A stretch of DNA of 64,000 nt from Eledone cirrhosa. Taxonomy: Eukaryota. Shown piece after piece: positions 1-12,447 of the stretch. The DNA is taken from NCBI GenBank assembly GCA_964016885.1, contig OZ024758.1, positions 6,324,001 to 6,388,000 of the forward strand, given 5' to 3'. The notes beneath the pieces are model-generated. The model did not search any database. It saw nothing but the letters and a program-made list of their open reading frames with translations, and was not told the origin of the DNA. The first letter of the stretch is position 1. Every line of letters starts with the position of its first letter. The translations under genes and the position numbers were made by a program.

Positions 1-255
1 CTGCTCTTATTGATGTTCTAGCTCTCATACTCTTACCCCTCATCTCCCTTGGCTAATGTCAAACATTTTTTTCTGGTCTTGAGATACGGAAACATTACTG
101 ACACAATGTTATAAAATACAGATATATCTTAGAAGCTTCAAAACCTAATAAATATGCAGAGCAGCAGTCGTCCAGCCCTTATTTTATACAACTGTCTCTA
201 AAAATGTGTTATTTTTACAGTTACTAGTGTAAAAGGGGAATAAACAGAAAGTTAC

Positions 256-398
256 CTTCTTTCTGTCTGTGTAGTAAGCCAACTTTTGTAGAGTACACTA
301 TGCGATGGAAGATAATTTTTACTTTCGTAAGCGGCAAGTACATTCTTTTCTTCTTCCGTGTATTGATGGCAAACATCAGCCGGTTGGTAGTCGCGGCC
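256..398 (-). CDS. Second coding exon of a CLC-family chloride channel/Cl-/H+ antiporter (ClC-6/7-like N-terminal region)
   Basis: Minus strand: ttgttttag|GGC acceptor and AG|gtaact donor. The 143-nt open exon encodes GRDYQPADVCHQYTEEEKNVLAAYESKNYLPSHSVLYKSWLTTQTER(R/S), resembling the 'GRD..YT.EE...L..YESxDYLP.HS..YK.WL' stretch preceding helix B in invertebrate ClC-6/7-like proteins. Joins in phase 0 to the exon at 8193-8405. Confidence 0.8.
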
Positions 399-744
399 CT
401 AAAACAATATATTCAGAGAGGTAATTGATTGTAGACATTATCACACGGCTAAATAAATAATTATAGAGTAGGTGTAGGGAAAATAAATTCAACCACAAGA
501 ACTTGTCGTTATATATATTATGGATACGATAAATGGATGTAGTTCGATTATTACTAAACCAATAAAAGAATGAAACTAAACGATGCAAATCTGTCACATA
601 TCTATGGTTCAAAATTCCTTAATACCTTTTGAAATAATAAATAAAGGACGAAATGAACATCGTAATTTTGTGATAATATGTGAGAAAATCCCTGAAACCC
701 TGAAATAAAACGTAATAAAATTGATATATATCCATTTTGTGGTA

Positions 745-1075
745 GACAGCATAAACGTGTTGAGATGGCAACTGTGTATAAGAGGGATAAGCTGTAGTGT
801 GCGGGAGAGAAGACTGCGTTGGTATGGACATGTGATGCGCATGGAGGATGATAGCTGGGTAAAGAAGTGCCAAGAAATCCCAGTAGAAGGAAGATAAGGT
901 GGAAGAAGACCACGAAAAACATGGGCGGAGGTGGTGAGAGCTGACCTCTTATCTCTGAAATTCACGGACAAGATGACGAAGGACCATGACGAATGGAGAG
1001 ATGCCGTGCTGAATAGGACCCGTCCCACCCTTGCAAGCAGGAAAAAGCGGACGTAAAATGATGTTGATGATGATA
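745..1075 (+). mobile_element. RTE-clade LINE 3' end fragment
   Basis: Frame from 811 reads RLRWYGHVMRMEDDSWVKKC...EGR*GGRRPRKTWAEVVRADL...W, the typical RTE C-terminus. Ends in a (TGA)n tail. Confidence 0.85.
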
Positions 1076-1539
1076 TTAATACATAAGGAATATATTTTGG
1101 CAGGGAATTATAAAGCCTCACATTTAGCTCTTAGTCAGAATTAGGACCGGTATTTAATGGTTTATGGCTGAGAACGATATAAAGATAGGTAGACAAAGAA
1201 ATTAGAATGAAATATTAAGACATATGTCCATAAATGTATTAAAATAAAATATGTTGGATTAAACCGAGGCTTAGAATTTGATTATGGTGTTGGCCTTCGT
1301 GAACATGGGTTGAATCTACAATGTTGTTTGAATAAATAATTGTTTCTCACATTAAGCTGTAACACTAACTACTAAACTAATAACACGACATTGAAAACAA
1401 TATGGTTGCGCTACACATCTAATTCGCTTTCTAGAAAGTTCGAAATTAAATCAAGCTAGAATCAACATTGTGTCTTCGATTTTAGCCTCGTTTCGTTATA
1501 TGTGCGAGTGTGTGCGCGGGCATAGCCGTATTCTTCTTT

Positions 1540-1601
1540 ACACACACATACATATATACATATATGCATACATATATACATACACATACATACACACATA
1601 A

Positions 1602-1681
<80 letters not shown>

Positions 1682-1690
1682 ATATATACA
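1540..1690. repeat. (CA)n/(TA)n microsatellite
   Basis: Direct inspection. Confidence 0.95.
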
Positions 1691-2279
1691 ATGGGCTCTC
1701 CCGTCGATTTCGATGTATGAGTGTCCAGTAGCAGCTTTAGTTTATTCAGTTGTTGGAAGTCTGTATCTGACGTATCACTTAAATCCTGTCAGTTCCTGGA
1801 AGTACGTTAATAGATAAACAAATAATTGTAGCCTACTGCCAAGTTTGAAAAGCAATCGAAAAAGTGTGTGGCGAGGGAGTACAGCTCTTTGGGCAAATAG
1901 CATAAAATGCATCAAATTAAATGACATCTCTAGCAGCTGGAATAATTTCATTACCATAATTTTATACAACAATAGTGATATTATCGATATTACAAGCTAC
2001 AGACCGCCAGCTTCCTGTTTAACTTATATAAATTAATAATTAATCTAATCTAATCTTGCCGAATTTACACTCGCAAATAAGAAGAACCAGGGCCTCCCCT
2101 AGAAGCATTGGATTTGGTCTACTCCATATTTGTTTCGGTTGCTGAATACAATCAGGAGCCGTTGCTTCTCCTGAAGGTCAATAGTTCTCTTCTAACTCGA
2201 GCTTATAAAACATCAAACCTGTTTTAAATTCCAATCAAGAAAAAAAAAATAGTAAGGTTCAGGAGTGGTCTTCAAAATC

Positions 2280-3020
2280 TGACCTAATATAGCTGTGGTT
2301 GGAGCTTATAGCTATCAAGGAATATACCAAACCCGTGTAGAAATTATTCAGAAAATTCATAGCTGGGATACATCATCTACTTCACACAGAGAGACGAACG
2401 ATCAATATTGAAAGGGGAATAAGACAAGGTGTTGTAATATTATCGAAGCTCATTTAAGCTTTTCTGACGCCATATTCGTTTTATTTTTTCGACTGATGCG
2501 CATGTACCGGAACAAACGTTAAATAAACTGAATAACGAAAACAACAAAGTGGAACTAAACATAATTATGAACAAATCATGTTCAATAGCCACGCAACAAG
2601 TAAAGTCATCAAAGTCAATCAATTTTTTTTTTATAACACCTAACAAACATATATAATATTGACTGCTGAAATATGGAAAAAAAACCCTTAGAGGGAGGAA
2701 GCCAAACGATGAATCCAAGCTGGATGACGTGCTTTTAGGAAATTAAATTATATGAAAACTAAGATGTTACTTGCCTGAAGTATATCTTGGCGACTATGGC
2801 CGTTGACTAAAACTGGCAAAATGAAGTTTAAAAAAACACAAATAAGAATGCAAAGATACCGAAGATCTTGCCAACGGATAAAAGAATAAGTAGAAGACAT
2901 TATAAAATATTCAGAAGAGTAAATGACAGTTGGGAAAGTATGTGCCAAGAACAAATGACATCAAATGGAAAAAGCAGATAGAAAATGGAGAATGTCAGAG
3001 ACATGCAGATAATGGCTGAA
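2280..3020 (+). mobile_element. Highly decayed RTE-like LINE (reverse transcriptase remnant)
   Basis: Residual motifs INIERGIRQG (~2400-2430), AG*RAFRKL (~2718-2746) and K*QLGKYVPR..KW near 2920-2970, with many frameshifts. Confidence 0.55.
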
Positions 3021-3029
3021 AATGATTAT

Positions 3030-3060
3030 CTCTATCTCTCTCTCTCTATATATATGTATG

Positions 3061-3109
<49 letters not shown>

Positions 3110-3281
3110 ATACATACATATATATATATATGATTATATATGTATATATATAATATACATATATATATAAATGTATATATATATATAAATATATATATAC
3201 ATATATACATATATACATATATATATATATATAAATATACACACACAAAATATAAGTATATATATACATATATACATATAT

Positions 3282-3318
<37 letters not shown>

Positions 3319-3358
3319 TGTATATATATATAAATATACACACATATACGCACGCACG

Positions 3359-3423
<65 letters not shown>

Positions 3424-3425
3424 GT
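3030..3425. repeat. Compound (TA)n/(CA)n microsatellite
   Basis: Direct inspection. Confidence 0.95.
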
Positions 3426-3560
3426 AACGAAGGAAGTGTGGTAAGGAATCAAATGGACCATAACGCACCAGAGTACTCAATACTTAGGATAGTAGAGTGG
3501 GTGATAGGAGAAAGTATGACCCCCGACGGCAGAGCTCAAGCCGTTTCGACGGCTATTTCG
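3426..3560 (-). mobile_element. Microsatellite-flanked short element 'family A' (half-hammerhead, putative PLE terminus); other copies 20367-20440, 24470-24527, 58028-58222, 59969-60149
   Basis: Shared sequence aacgaaggaagtgtggtaaggaa...atgacccc(c)gacggcagagctcaagccgtttcgacggctatttc. The minus strand carries GAAA-cggc-loop-gccg-TC. Confidence 0.7.
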
Positions 3561-3682
3561 ATGTATGTATGTATAATCAAACATATATGTGTGTCCATGT
3601 TTCTACGCATGCTTTTTTTGTGTTTTTGCATTAAACGAAACATTTTCATTCTAATAAGAATGAAATCATATTATTTATAGAT

Positions 3683-3790
3683 AACCCGCCGAGGTTGACT
3701 TTGCCTTTCATCCTTACGGGGTCGATAAAATAAAGTACCAGTAATTACACTGGGTAATTGCTGGCCTTGTGCCTAAAGTAGAAACAATTA
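3683..3790 (+). mobile_element. tRNA-derived SINE (Meta/MESC-like central domain), 5'-truncated copy
   Basis: gccgaggttgactttgcctttcatccttacggggtcgataaaataaagtaccagt...ggccttgtgcc..agtagaaacaatta, which recurs about 20 times in the window. Confidence 0.8.
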
Positions 3791-3824
3791 TTTATAGATA
3801 GCACGATTTGATTTGTATATCATT

Positions 3825-4460
3825 GACACAGATACATACATACAAACATATACACACATACACACACATATATATATATATATAAATACATACATACATA
3901 CACACACATACATACAAACATACATACACTACACACACTCACACATACACACCTACACACACTCACACATACCCACATACATACACATACACACACACAC
4001 ATACATACACACATACATACATACATATACACATACATACATACACATATATACATACACACATACATACACACACATACATACATATACACACATATAT
4101 ATACATACATACATACATATACACACACACATACACACATACACACACATACACACACAAATACACACATATAGACACACACACTCCCACATACATACAT
4201 ACACACACAAATACACACATATAGACACATACACACATATACATACACACACATATACACACATACATACACATACACACATACACACACATACATACAT
4301 ACACACACACATGCATACTGAGATATATGTATATATACACATACATGTTAACACATACCCTATATATCTTTGACAGACACACACATACACACACACACCT
4401 ACACACACACAAAACACACACACATATGCATACATAGATATATGCATAAACGCATACACG
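3825..4460. repeat. Degenerate (CA)n/(CATA)n microsatellite
   Basis: Direct inspection. Confidence 0.95.
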
Positions 4461-4483
4461 ATAACACATATACAATACGTATA

Positions 4484-4567
4484 TATTGGGTTGTAACATA
4501 AGTTCCCGCCGTTGTTATAATTTGTTTAATTTAAAAGAACGGCGGGAATTTATGTTCCAACCTAATA
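4484..4567. mobile_element. 84-bp mariner-type MITE (MADE1-like architecture)
   Basis: ~30-bp imperfect TIRs tattgggttgtaacataagttcccgccgtt / aacggcgggaatttatgttccaacctaata, with TA at both ends. Confidence 0.7.
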
Positions 4568-5451
4568 TTTGACACACACACATATGCATACATGGATATA
4601 TTCATATACAAATAAATGATAACACACAATTTGGTATTAAATATTATTACATAATATTGACATTAAATATGCATCTCATCTATTTAATCTTTTCGTATGA
4701 AACTTTGACATGGATAACAAAAATTATTTTCTTAGATATTTATTTTTTAATTTTTCTGTTATATTAACAATTATTGATCTTCAACCGTCACAAGACCTCA
4801 ATGTTTTGGGTTGGGGTTGATTGTACTGGTTCCAGTACCTTATTGGTACTTGGAAACAATGTCATCTCCACAGGATTTGAAATTAGAAAATAATTAAAAT
4901 AAACAGCAACAATCAAATAAGATTTACAATAGTAAAGATTCATGTCCGCCATTTTCCCTGATTCTACCGAACCTCTTCATCTCTCGTATGTTTGCTTTGT
5001 TGGATATCTCCAAGATAATAAACATTAACATATAACAATCTTGTTGATCAGGGTAGCGATTAACTTTTCTTTAACAATAATTTCTGTTACTTTTTAACTT
5101 ATATGCGAAGACACGAAAGCCATTTCCATAAGTTTATTTTCCATATGAGATTATATATTTTCCCCTTCTCTGTCAGTGTAGTAATATTTGTGTTGCATAA
5201 TGCAACTGGCAAATGCAGAAGATTAGAGATAATAATCTATTTTCATTTGAAACCATATTAATACACTGACGCAAATATGGTTTGTGGTTAAATATACGTT
5301 TGGCAGCCTTGTGGGTACAGGTTTGATATGACTGTATAGCGGTTTAGGCGTGTATAGGCTACCATAGCGGTTTAGGCGTGTATAAGCTACCGTATGACTG
5401 TATAGCGGTTTAGGCGTGTAATGGTGGGGGGGGGGATAATGATGATAATGG

Positions 5452-5483
<32 letters not shown>

Positions 5484-5591
5484 ACGATGATGGTGATGGT
5501 GGGAGTGATCATGATGATGATGGTAATGATGATGATGATGGTGGTGGTGGTGGTGGTGGTGATGATGATAATGACTTAAACAATACTCTAA

Positions 5592-5967
5592 TACGTACGT
5601 ATGTATGTATGTATGTATGTATGTATGTATGTATGTATGTATGTATGTATGTATGTATGTATGTATGTACGTACGTATGTACGTATGTATGTATGTATGT
5701 ATGTATGTATGTATGTATGTATGTATGTATGTATGTACGTATGTATGTATGTATGTATGTACGTACGTATGTATGTATGTATGTATGTATGTATGTATGT
5801 ATATATGTACGCACGTACGTATGTATGTATGTATGTATGTATGTATGTACGTACGTATGTATGTATGTATGTATGTATGTATGTATATATGTACGTACGT
5901 ACGTACGTACGTATGTATGTATGTATGTATGTATGTATGTATGTATGTATGTATGTATGTATGTATG
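5592..5967. repeat. (TATG)n/(TACG) tetranucleotide array
   Basis: Direct inspection. Confidence 0.95.
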
Positions 5968-6604
5968 TCAGGTCACCAGTTGGTGCTACTGGTAACATGT
6001 ATCCCAGTACAACCTGTCTCATGGTCGGGTCGTTGGCGACTAAACTGGCAACCCCACCAAGGTTTCTTGGTGAGGAGGGTGACTTTGGACATCCTGCAGG
6101 ACTAAAAACAAAACCTGTCAAAGGGCAAAGGAGCTCTTAAGAGTCAATGGCCATCCAAAATCACCGGGAGAGATGACCCCTTTAGCCTTAGTCAAGGCAG
6201 AATTCTAGGAGAAGGAAAACTCTGATATAACACCTGCAACCCTGATGGTATCCAATGATGTTGACTTGTTCTTCTTTTTGGTAAATAGCATCTTGGTTAA
6301 GAGAGTGGGACTGGCTTTGTGCAGTGCCTTTGCTCACTATAAAAGCTTCACGGCACAGGCATTGCTTTATATCTGGAGATCTCTCTGCACTTGTCCTCAC
6401 ATGGGCCCAGCACTATGTGTCAATAATTGTCCTACCATGGGCCTAGCACTATGTGTCAATGATTGTCACAGGTGTAGTGTTTGTACCAGAGGTTTCAAGT
6501 CGCTGGCTGGACTAAAAAGTCACACTCGTTCAGCGCTTCGGTAGGGGTTATCCTACATGGATGTAAAGTAGTGGCCGTACTCGAAAACGAGTTGGCAGCC
6601 ACCA
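5968..6604 (+). mobile_element. Non-autonomous bipartite RTE-derived element (5' UTR fused to 3' end), copy 1
   Basis: Contains the RTE 5'-UTR-like motif ctaggagaaggaaaactctga and a 3' C2H2-like remnant CSVCTRGFKSLAGLKSHTRS, followed by a short UTR and (TATG)n. A highly similar copy lies at 41338-41945. Confidence 0.7.
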
Positions 6605-6889
6605 TGTATGTATGTATGTATGTACGTACGTACGTATGTATGTATGTATGTATGTATGTACGTACGTATGTATGTATGTATGTATGTATGTATGTATGTA
6701 TGTACGTAATTATGCATGTATGACAATGACACTGGATTGATACCTTCAGTGCCATGCAGTTGTACAGAAGACGCGACTACCATTGCATACAAACCTACAG
6801 TCAGTAGGCACCTCTTAACCCAATGTACACCCCACCCCGACACCCTACCCCACCCTCCTTTTCCCGTTCCGTCCACTGTGTCGATGACA

Positions 6890-7050
6890 CAACAGTCCAC
6901 ACTGTAAATGTGGTTGGTGTTAGGAAGGGCATCCAGCTGTAAAAAGAAAACCTGCTAGAAACACTTCCGCATGAGCGAGACACGGCCTCCCAACCATTCC
7001 CGCCTCAAATGGAACAAAACCGTCCACACTGTAAATGTGGTTGAAAACCT
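6890..7050 (+). mobile_element. SINE-like repeat fragment
   Basis: gtccacactgtaaatgtggttggtgttaggaagggcatccagctgtaaaa, with the first ~23 nt repeated at ~7021. Confidence 0.45.
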
Positions 7051-7064
7051 GCCGTAAGAACCTG

Positions 7065-7185
7065 CCTATGATCTGAGTTCCAATCCCGCCGAGGTTGACT
7101 TTGCCTTTCATCCTTACGGGGTCGATAAAATAAAGTACTAGTAATACACTGGGTAATTGCTGGCCTTGTGCCAATAGTAGAAACA

Positions 7186-7245
<60 letters not shown>

Positions 7246-7512
7246 GTTATTATTCTTTGAGTCTCAGTCATTGATGTTAGTTAACTGGAAAGTTTGTTGT
7301 AATCCACTGGGGTCGGTTTAATCGACGTTCCCCACTAGCGAAAATTGCTGGCCTTGTGCCTATATAAGAAACCATTATATTTTGGTGGATTGGCAGTATC
7401 GGTCTGAATTCCAATCCCGCCAAAGTTAACACTGCCTTTCATTCTTACGGGGTCGATACAATAAAGTACCAGTAATGCCCTGGGGTAATTGCTGGCTTTG
7501 TGCCAAAAGTAG
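7065..7512 (+). mobile_element. Two Meta/MESC-like SINE copies, the first with an (ATT)n tail
   Basis: Same core as 3683; (ATT)n at 7186-7252; A-box-like tggcagtatcgg at ~7391. Confidence 0.75.
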
Positions 7513-7547
7513 ATTTGGACAGTAACGGAGACTGAAATACTGAATGT

Positions 7548-8113
7548 ACGAGGGTTGGCAGAAACGTTCATAGGCTGATTATAAAGGATTGATGCTAGAG
7601 CTGTGAAATCTTGCATGCATTAATTTCAACTCTTCTTATTAATTACTGCATTGTTTATTTCTAGGGAGTAGGTTAAAAAATAAACCTCATTTGGTCATTC
7701 CATGAGAGTATCTTGGTCAGCCTATGAAGGAGTGATGCTAGCGCTGTGAAATCTTACATGGATTAATTTCAACTCTACATTGTTTCTATCTATGTTGAAA
7801 ATTAAACCTTATCTAGTCATTCCATGAGAGTATCTTGGTCAGCCTATGAAGGAGTGATGCTAAAGCTGTGAAATTTTACATGGATTAATTTCAACTCTAC
7901 ATTGTTTCTATCTATGTTGAAAATTAAACCTTATCTAGTCATTCCATGAGAGTATCTTGATCAGCCTATGAAGGAGTGATGCTAAAGCTGTGAAATCTTA
8001 CATGGATTAATTTCAACTCTACATTGTTTCTATCTATGTTGAAAATTAAACCTCATCTAGTCATTCCATGAGAGTATCTTGGTCAGCCTATGAACCTTCC
8101 TGCCAATCCTTGT
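7548..8113 (+). mobile_element. Mariner-type MITE with an internal 122-bp tandem array (3 units)
   Basis: Left TIR tacgagggttggcagaaacgttcataggctga, right TIR ggtcagcctatgaaccttcctgccaatccttgt. cctatgaa recurs at 7721, 7843, 7965 and 8087. Confidence 0.8.
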
Positions 8114-8192
8114 CTGCTATGGGAAACACAGATACAAATATAAATGAGAAGAAATACTGAAATTTAATCAAAGAAAATGTTGATATGCTCAC

Positions 8193-8405
8193 TCTAGCCA
8201 GAAAGCCATACTTGTCATCATTGACGTAGGTTGTTGGTTCAGCATCCATTTTCTCTTTTATTTCCTTGTCAAGTAGATGAGGTTGATCATAAACGTTAGT
8301 AAATTGAGAGGTTCCCGAAGTGGCTGCGCTCATTCTACCCTTCCGGTCTATTGTGTCGTACTCACTATTTCTGGAAGTTGCCGAAGATTCAGGCCGTGAG
8401 TCCAT
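8193..8405 (-). CDS. First coding exon of the same CLC-family gene (exon 8466-8193 including 61 nt of 5' UTR)
   Basis: Acceptor ttttcttctttttgcag| before 8466. ATG at 8405 in strong context (aatATGG) with an in-frame upstream stop. 71 codons MDSRPESS...DDKYGFLAR, then donor |gtgagc. The splice gives ...GFLAR|GRDYQP... Confidence 0.75.
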
Positions 8406-10294
8406 ATTGATGTTTTTACCGTATCAGACGATGTGTAAGTGCTTTAGCTTTCAATATTTGTTCAAGCTGCAAAAAGAAGAAAATAGTAAATTATTAGAGA
8501 ATATAGAATTCCTTATTATCTGTTTAAATGTTAGACTTAAGGAGGTTTTAATACATTGACTAATATACCAATGTTTAATAGTCAAATGGTATTAGGATTC
8601 CGATAAAAGAGATTAATTCTATTTCCAAACTATGACATAAATGTGGATCACTGAATAGTATTACAACAGTATTACATCAACAATATTTTGTCTCATATTT
8701 TCTAAACTAGTTACAATATAAAATATGTTACTTCTAGCGTAATACATCAGACTCCATGTTTACAGAGACGAGATTTTACACAGAAAACGGAAAAGAATTC
8801 CAGTCTGGAAATCTTGTAAGATATAGTATTAATGAATCCGTAAAAACTGAAACAAACTTGAATGAAGTGAAACGGATAAATTAGATAATAGAAGCTTAAT
8901 GGAGTTAACGGCTAACCAGGAACTTATCTTTACATTACGGCCATATCATTTCTGTTGCGGCATATTGATTTATGTGTGAGAAACAACATACTTTCTTGAT
9001 ACAAAAAGAAGATCGGTTATATTCTATCTCATCCAGAGGCTAATAAGTAATAGAAAATGATGTGATAATATTTATAAATGTTTACATATAAATATATCCG
9101 TAGTAGCGAGGTATGTATAATTGCACATAAGTGAATATGGACATATATAAATGTTGCAGGTTTTCTGTCTGTTGTATGTCTACATATAGATATACATATA
9201 TATATATATATATTGGAAGGTAAATAATGCCAAAGCTATATGTTCGTTGACTGTTAGAAGCGAAATAGTTTAAATTGCATTCGTCTCGCTCACAGATGAT
9301 TCTGACGTCAATGGTTTTTCAATACGCAGCACGAAGCCTTGTTCTGAATTTCACGTGGATGGAATTTGGACATGTGTTGAAGCATGTTATTCTTCTTTAT
9401 TTGTTTATGATTAATGCTGAGCAGTATGAAGAGATTACATTGAAATATCAACATATCTATTGGACTGGCGGAATAGATAAAGCCTTGGACAAAATACATT
9501 GAAGTAACTACTTAGAGCAATTTACGTTTCGAGTTCAAATCCCACCGAGGACAATTTTGTCTTTCATTCTTTCGGGGTCAATAGAATAAAGTTCCAGTCA
9601 TTTGTAATCAACTTCTCCTCCTCCAAGATTGCTGGCTTTGAACTTATGCAAGAAACAATTATTAGTATAATTATTATCTTTACTAGTCTATAAGTTATAT
9701 TCGGATACATCATGTTACATCGAAGAAACAACCCCACGCGTTCTGCCGGACCCCTGTATCATGAAAAGAAAATCATTTTCGGGGAAATTATTAGACTTTT
9801 CCAAATTTAAAGATTTATTAGGATCTTACCATGAGTCTGATGTACTTCAATTTTAGACAATTCATAAGCAACACTCCAAAAGATATTAAGATGGCTACTC
9901 TGGCCGATTTTAATACTAAAGTAAGAAGTGGTAATGGCACCTGAATCTGTTTAGGACCACATGGGATTGCAGAAATCAAATAACAAAGGTTTCCAACTCT
10001 TACAACGTGGCAAGGAGTTGAACCTCATTGCTGGAAATACATGGTTTCGCCAAAACGACAAGTCTGAAGGTACTGGGAAAGATCCTCGCTCATATTAGAC
10101 TGTAATTGTCTCTTTAAAACTTTTACAATATCAAGAATCTGAAGGATGTCAAAATTTCAGTCAACCAATTAGGTAAAAGGTTCTTCTCAAGATCCACCTC
10201 AGGGTGAAATATGATGCAGTCACCCCCAACAAACGTCTAGATATACCCAAGCTGAAAGCAAAAGGTACAAATGTATGATTCTCTTGTGACGCTA

Positions 10295-10730
10295 AACTCT
10301 ACTACTTGCAGACTGAGCATTAACATGTGATATCTCTCTCCACAAAGTTCGATCTCCAGCAGCAGAGTTCAAAGAGCAAAGATCAAGTCCAGTCCATAAG
10401 TTGACATTATCAAGCCATCGTTTCAGCTGCCGGCCTCTGCTTCTCTTACCAGCCAACTTTCCTTCTAGGCATAACCTACTCTCACCACGAGTTGATCTTT
10501 TTATATGACCGTATAGTTTGAGTACTCTTGACTTGACAATTGATGTAATTGGTCTAAGTCTGGTAATGTTGAGCAGCTCACTGATTCAGATACGGTCGCT
10601 GAGCCGCTTGCCAGTCATAAGTCTCATGATGTGGTTCTGGAATGTTGAGAGCTTCTGAAGTGACCTTGTCGTCTAATTAACACAGCCAAGACCATATAAC
10701 TCAACTTCACTGTAACTCTCAATCAAGAAA
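10295..10730 (-). mobile_element. Second RTE-type LINE 3' end inserted antisense in the older RTE
   Basis: Minus frame: KLSTFQNHIMR...LKLYGHIKRS...LEGKLAGKRSRGRQLKRWLDNV..WTGL..AAGDRTLWR. Confidence 0.75.
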
Positions 10731-11924
10731 AATAGCGTGCGTGAAGAATTTAAATCAAACATTTCCTTAACTGCTGCAAGAATAATTGGGTTTTGCTGAA
10801 AATAGTGAAGGAATAAGCAATCCACTAAAAACAAAAGATAAAATACTCTTATATTAAATCCTCTGACTCCAGCTTAACAAAATTCCACCCAAGAACACAG
10901 CTCGTTCTCCAAAAGGCATGAGAGAAATCCAGAACTTTTGATGTGTGCATGAGGTATCTAAGATTCAACTTGCTGCAGACACTAATAACCTACGAGTCCT
11001 CTAAAAGTGGTATATGATCTACAGCAAGCAACGTTTCCCCTTCCAGAGGGTGAAGACACCTACACACAGCCTGCCAGGTTTCTAACATGGTAGCCTCAAC
11101 ATTGTGAGGACCTTATACATTAACCATCCTATCATTGAATAGCGTGATGTTATTAATCGTTTTGATAATGTTCCTAGCTGTGGGAAAATTACATTTTCTA
11201 AAAATGAAACAAATGACAGACAATAAGGTTCCTGGAATGCATGCTGTAACTGTGGAATATTTTATGTATTGGAGACATGAGAATACTAAAATTCCTAAAG
11301 ATAATTCTTCGTGATCTCTAAGAAAAATCCGCTCCCCACCTCACCCGGAATAAACATATCTTGTAATAGTTTAACTTTAAAAGAAAGGTTCTAAACAAGA
11401 ATGAGGGAATTTCAAAGGAATTTCCTATTTTGACATTGTTCAGAAAATGCTGTTGCGAATTAATCAAATTCGCTTTACAGAATTCTTCAATGGACATACC
11501 TTGTCGGAATCTCAGTTTGGCTTCCATGCAAATATTTAACATCCGCCAGCTCCAGGAGAATTATAAAAAGCAGAACAAGCCAATATATCACTAGTTTATA
11601 CTAATTTAAAAAGCAGAACAAGCCAATATATCACTAGTTTATTCTCATTTAAAAAGCAGAACAAGCCAATATATCACTAGTTTATTCTCATTTAAAAAGC
11701 AGATTACACCATCAGATCAGCCAGAGTGACATTGTGGAAGGTTTTATTGAGATTCTGTTGCTCTAAGAAATGTGTTACCCACTTGTGGTCTCTGTATAAA
11801 GGCATGAATGCAAGGGCTAGTTTTAATGGTTCTTTCTCTGAAACAATCCTAGTAGAAATGGAGTAAACAGGGAAAAGTTCTTGTACCTACTCTCTTCACA
11901 ATATTTCAGCTCTTCTTATAAATT

Positions 11925-12447
11925 TCAGGTCTTCTTATAAATAACTGCATTGTTTCTTTTCCAGGGACTATGTTGAAAAATAAACCTCATTTGGTCATTC
12001 CATGAAAGTATCTTGGTCAGCTTATAGAATTTTCAGCCGACCCTCGTAAGAGATATCTGACGAGGGAGGTTGTAACTTTTGATGAAGACATTATCCAAAT
12101 CAATACCACAGTAATGGTATTCCACGGGGCTTTGAATGATATCCCATGTGGTATCTACGTCAAATATTCCACTTCAGGCAGATTATTTAACATACACTGG
12201 CTAGAGTCTTCATGAAAAGTTACAACCTCACTCGTCACATATCTCTTACAAGGGTCGGCTGAAAAGTCCATAAGCTGAACAAGATACTCTCATGGAATGA
12301 CCAAATGAGGTTTATTTTTCAACATAGTTCCTGGAAAAGAAACAATGCAGTTATTTATAAGAGCTGAAATTAATGCATTCAAGATTTCACAGCTCTATCA
12401 TCACTCATGCAAAGTCACTCCATGAACTTTTCAGTCGACCCTCCTAT
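11925..12447. mobile_element. Two oppositely oriented copies of the mariner-type MITE (11925-12048 and 12247-12447)
   Basis: TIR ttttcagccgaccctcgta at ~12030-12048. The second copy begins tacaagggtcggctgaaaagtccataagctga and ends ttttcagtcgaccctccta. Confidence 0.75.

Noticed and set aside
8088-8192. C-terminal part of the 105-aa ORF (VSISTFSL...)
   Set aside because: Lies past the gtgagc donor; intronic read-through into a MITE.
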